From positions 160,001-224,000 of the forward strand of contig CAXXIA010000001.1 of the NCBI GenBank assembly GCA_963666985.2: a DNA stretch of 64,000 nucleotides, read 5' to 3'. Made by a program: the position numbers and the translations under genes. Below the pieces are notes generated by a model that ran no database searches, was not told the DNA's origin, and saw nothing but the letters and a program-made list of their open reading frames with translations. Of this stretch, positions 60,630 to 64,000 are shown one piece after another (within the stretch, counting starts at the first letter, position 1; each line of letters starts with the position of its first letter). This stretch comes from Spirochaetia bacterium. GTDB taxonomy: Bacteria > Spirochaetota > Spirochaetia > DSM-2461.

Positions 60630-60710
60630 ATGACATAATGGATATCGGCGCTGTTGAGTGCATCGCATTGAAGAATATCAATCCCTGACCGGGAAAGGAG
60701 CGATCCGGCA

Positions 60711-61718
60711 ATGACGGAAAAAATGAAAGTCTTTATCGAGAATATGCCTAAGGCCGAGCTTCATCTTCATCTTGAGGGAAGTCTTGAGCCTGAGTTAAAA
60801 TTCAAACTGGCCAAAAGAAACAACCTGGAACTTCCCTATAAAACCGAGGGTGAGATGAGGGCTGCATATCATTTTGATGATCTTCCCTCTTTTCTGGCGG
60901 TCTATTATGAAGGCATGAGTGTCCTTCTTAAGGAAGAAGATTTTTACGATTTGACATACGCCTATCTGACAAAAGCCGCATCCCAGAATGTCCTCTATGC
61001 CGAACTTTTTTTTGATCCCCAGGCTCATTTGATTCGGGGCGTTGATTTCGACACGGTCATTCAGGGGATTCGAAAAGCCCAGATCGACGGAGAAAAAGAA
61101 CTGGGAATCCGAACGCAATTGGTTATGTGCTTCTTAAGGGATGAAAGTGCCGAATCGGCTCTGAGCACACTGGAACAGGCTCTTCCCTATAAGGACTGGA
61201 TTATCGGTGTGGGGCTGGATTCCAACGAAAAGGATAATCCTCCTGTAAAATTCAAAGATGTTTTTTCCCGGGCGGAGGCTGAAGGTTTTAAGAAAACCAT
61301 GCATTGCGACGTGGATCAGGAGAATTCGACAGTCCATCTTTGGCAGTGTCTTAATGAAATTAACGTTGACAGGATCGATCATGGAGTCAATTCCCTGGAA
61401 GATGAAACTCTTTGTGATGAAATAATTAAGAGAGAGCTGGGCTTAACGGTTTGTCCTATTTCCAACGGATATGTCGCCGCCTCCCTGAAAGCCGCCGAAA
61501 TCAAGAAAATGATTGAAAAAGGCATGAGGGTAACGGTTAATTCCGATGACCCGGCCTATTTCCCGGGGTATATGAACGAGAATCTGATGGCTGTTGCCGA
61601 TGAAGTCGATTTGTCGTATCAGGATTTGAAGAAACTGCAGGAGAACGCCTTCTTATCCGCATGGCTTCCGGTTGAAGATAAAAATCAATATCTCAATATA
61701 CTGGCCGACTATAACTAG
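60711..61718 (+). CDS. add: Adenosine/adenine deaminase
   Basis: PKAELHLHLEG, RIDHG, TVCPISN, VNSDDPAYF. Confidence 0.9.
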   Translation: MTEKMKVFIENMPKAELHLHLEGSLEPELKFKLAKRNNLELPYKTEGEMRAAYHFDDLPSFLAVYYEGMSVLLKEEDFYDLTYAYLTKAASQNVLYAELFFDPQAHLIRGVDFDTVIQGIRKAQIDGEKELGIRTQLVMCFLRDESAESALSTLEQALPYKDWIIGVGLDSNEKDNPPVKFKDVFSRAEAEGFKKTMHCDVDQENSTVHLWQCLNEINVDRIDHGVNSLEDETLCDEIIKRELGLTVCPISNGYVAASLKAAEIKKMIEKGMRVTVNSDDPAYFPGYMNENLMAVADEVDLSYQDLKKLQENAFLSAWLPVEDKNQYLNILADYN

Positions 61719-61829
61719 CCTATTTGTTTGCTGCGGATTTTTTTGCATCTGCGATTTGAAGCGAGCGATTTTTCCGCACAGGCAAATGGTGGAAAACACG
61801 GTTTCAGCAAAGCTTCGGGATTCGGACAA

Positions 61830-62717
61830 TCAGAGAAGTCCCGCTAAATAGAAACTCAGAGGGATTGTCAGAATCCCCAGGACGGTCGTTACCACAACCA
61901 TGGTGCCGCCGAAGTCCGCGTTCGATCCGTACCTGAGAGGAAGAACCGACGTAAAAACCGCAGAGGGAAGGCAGGAGGCAATAATAACCACGGTTCGGCC
62001 TAAATCCTCCAAACCGAAGAGTACCGATGCGCTCCAGCCGAAGAAAAAGTCCCCGATAAAGCGCAGAATAAGGGCGACGATAAGGTGTCGATTGAAATGG
62101 AAGCGCATTTCTCCGAGGGCCGCGCCGAGTGTAAAGGCGGCCAGAGGCGGCGCGGTGTTTCCTCCGAACTCCATCGCGTCTAAAAGGGAATTCGGAACGG
62201 GAATGGAGAGAATCTTAAATGTAAAGCCGAGAACAATGGCCCAGAGAATAGGTGATTTGATCATTTCTTTCAGACTGCGAGGACCGAATCCCCCGGTAAT
62301 GACGGCAATTCCCAGAGTGAAAATGTAGATGGTTTGAATCTGATCGTAGATAACAATCAGATTCATCGCCGCAAGACCTCCCCATAGCTTCATCAGGGGA
62401 ATCCCCAGAAAGCCTGAGTTCATGAAGATGACCGAAGGAGAGAACGTTCCGAAATCAATTCCGCAGATTTTCGAATAGATCCATGATGTCGCGAATAAAA
62501 GAAAAACGACAAAGGTTGTCGCTCCGGCCAGTTTGAAAATGAGCCCCGGAGAGGTATCGCCGGTATAGAGAGACTGGAAAATCAGAAGGGGCATCAAAAA
62601 ATCCGTAATGGCTTTAACAAGAGTATCCTGCGAGAGCGTGTGGAATCGGGAGAGAAGATATCCGCCTCCCACCAGAAGCAGAATGGGCAGCAGAAGCACG
62701 AAGGAATCGAGAATCAT
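61830..62717 (-). CDS. AEC-family (auxin efflux carrier-like) transporter
   Basis: About 10 TM helices, NSGFLGIP, PLAAFTLG, LPSA. Confidence 0.9.
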   Translation of the reverse strand: MILDSFVLLLPILLLVGGGYLLSRFHTLSQDTLVKAITDFLMPLLIFQSLYTGDTSPGLIFKLAGATTFVVFLLFATSWIYSKICGIDFGTFSPSVIFMNSGFLGIPLMKLWGGLAAMNLIVIYDQIQTIYIFTLGIAVITGGFGPRSLKEMIKSPILWAIVLGFTFKILSIPVPNSLLDAMEFGGNTAPPLAAFTLGAALGEMRFHFNRHLIVALILRFIGDFFFGWSASVLFGLEDLGRTVVIIASCLPSAVFTSVLPLRYGSNADFGGTMVVVTTVLGILTIPLSFYLAGLL

Positions 62718-62737
62718 GAGAGTAGATCACCCCTGCT

Positions 62738-63565
62738 TTATTCGAGTAAAAGATGTTCGAGATTTACGACATCGGCGGCGGAAAGTTCCAAACCCTTTCG
62801 GATGTACTTTTTCAAATCGCCCCAGTGCTCGTCAATGGCGGCGAAGGCCGTTTCAAGGTAATCTTTCTCAACTCCCATAAGGGATCTGATAAGATCCGCC
62901 TTGATGCGGAACATCGACATGGCCCGGATTCTCCAGACCAGTTTCTCATTTTTACCGGCGATATAGGTGTTGGTTTTCAGATAATCCCGCATAACGGTTT
63001 CATGGGGAACTCCCAGGATGCGCATGAGAACGGCCGCCGCAAATCCCGTTCGATCTTTTCCGGCCGTACAATGGAAAACTTGAGGCAGAGCTTCGGAGTT
63101 TTCCAGGATATCATGAAGCCAATCACGGTATACGGCGGTGTATTCGGTTACAAAGAGCCGATTGACTTCATGGAGATACTGTTTGGGATCGGTATCGATT
63201 TTTCCTTTGACATAGGCTTCGAATTTTTCCCAGGCATCGGGACCCGCGACATCAATGGGACGTTTTTCGTGAAAAACACCTTCCGGAATTCGATTTGGGC
63301 GGCTTTCACGTTCCGCGGGGCCTCTGAAATCGGTGATTTTCTTGATTCCCAGTTTTCCGATGTAGTCCAAATCCGCGGAGGTGAGTTTCCCGAGATGATC
63401 GGAACGGTACAGGAGTCCCCATCGGAGGGTCCGTCCGCTCTGTGTTCGGTATCCTCCGATATCTCGGAAGTTAACCGTTCCGTCGAACGGAAGCCTGCGG
63501 AGATCTTCCCTTTTTTCCAAAGGAAGTTTATAGGGGATGGGGCGTGTTTTTCGAACTCTCGGCAT
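62738..63565 (-). CDS. Protein tyrosine/serine phosphatase (IphP/PtpB-like)
   Basis: NFRDIGGY, LYRSD, HCTAGKDRTG. Confidence 0.93.
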   Translation of the reverse strand: MPRVRKTRPIPYKLPLEKREDLRRLPFDGTVNFRDIGGYRTQSGRTLRWGLLYRSDHLGKLTSADLDYIGKLGIKKITDFRGPAERESRPNRIPEGVFHEKRPIDVAGPDAWEKFEAYVKGKIDTDPKQYLHEVNRLFVTEYTAVYRDWLHDILENSEALPQVFHCTAGKDRTGFAAAVLMRILGVPHETVMRDYLKTNTYIAGKNEKLVWRIRAMSMFRIKADLIRSLMGVEKDYLETAFAAIDEHWGDLKKYIRKGLELSAADVVNLEHLLLE

Positions 63566-63737
63566 GATACGGAATCATGCCATGATTTCCATGAGAAAAC
63601 GAATAGGACGCGGAAGAAACCGTCCTCTTTTTGGGATTTTTTCGTAAATCAATGGAGATATGCCATGGAAAATAGTGTGTATGGGCTACTCCGTTGCTCT
63701 TTACCGTCGTTTCGAATATGAGCAGTATTGTGATGTA

Positions 63738-64000
63738 ATGGATATTGCTATGAATTCCAAAGAAACCGACGACGGGGCTCACGCTTCCGTTCATCATTCA
63801 GTCGAAGAGAAACTGAACTCCATCACGCATGGTATCGGCGCCGGTATGAGCATCGCGGGGATGATTTTTCTTTTAACCCTTACCGGATTGAACTCCGGCG
63901 GCGAAATGCGTTATGTCACTTTCAGCCTTTACGGTGCTTTTCAGATTTTGCTTTATCTTTCATCAGCGTTTACCCATGCGTTTACCGACCGGCCCGGAAT
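63738..64000 (+). CDS. Hemolysin III/PAQR-family membrane protein, 3'-partial
   Basis: Not in the ORF track; manual translation gives EEKLNSITHGIG...LYLSSAFTH; runs off the window end. Confidence 0.85.
   Translation, partial: MDIAMNSKETDDGAHASVHHSVEEKLNSITHGIGAGMSIAGMIFLLTLTGLNSGGEMRYVTFSLYGAFQILLYLSSAFTHAFTDRPG

Noticed and set aside
62753..63721. 322-aa plus-strand ORF
   Set aside because: Antisense shadow of the phosphatase gene
1..64000. CRISPR array, prophage, integron integrase or defence island
   Set aside because: No regularly spaced repeats and no phage, cas or integrase genes seen. The kinase, MTase and sirtuin are dispersed, and the sirtuin is a canonical CobB

Overview
This is a gene-dense chromosomal segment of moderate GC, most likely from a free-living spirochaete (Spirochaetales). 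That call rests on the giant coiled-coil protein, the M23-bactofilin-YaaR-YaaT block, the rpsT-HU block and the rho-rpmE-galK-like-TPR synteny. Content is mostly housekeeping: grpE-dnaK-dnaJ, gdhA, dtd, rlmB, ndk, dusB, tatD, rho, clpS-clpA-aat, apbE, lipA, miaB, mtaB, glgX and cobB. Mobile material is one IS1182-family element, one 142-bp MITE with a 4-bp target duplication, and probably a decayed second MITE copy. The most notable observations are three. (1) A ~310-nt highly structured non-coding element after dnaJ folds like group II intron domains I-III but has no RT ORF or domain V/VI. (2) A receiver-domain/ATP-grasp dikinase-like protein lies directly upstream of gdhA. (3) A secreted flavodoxin-like protein with an ApbE-type flavinylation motif is paired with a NOX/ferric-reductase-like membrane oxidoreductase, with apbE nearby. 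Also seen: a surE relic, a galactokinase and a DtxR with degenerate active or metal sites, and several probable leaderless genes. No rRNA, tRNA or CRISPR array was seen. All calls come from reading motifs by eye; no database search was run.
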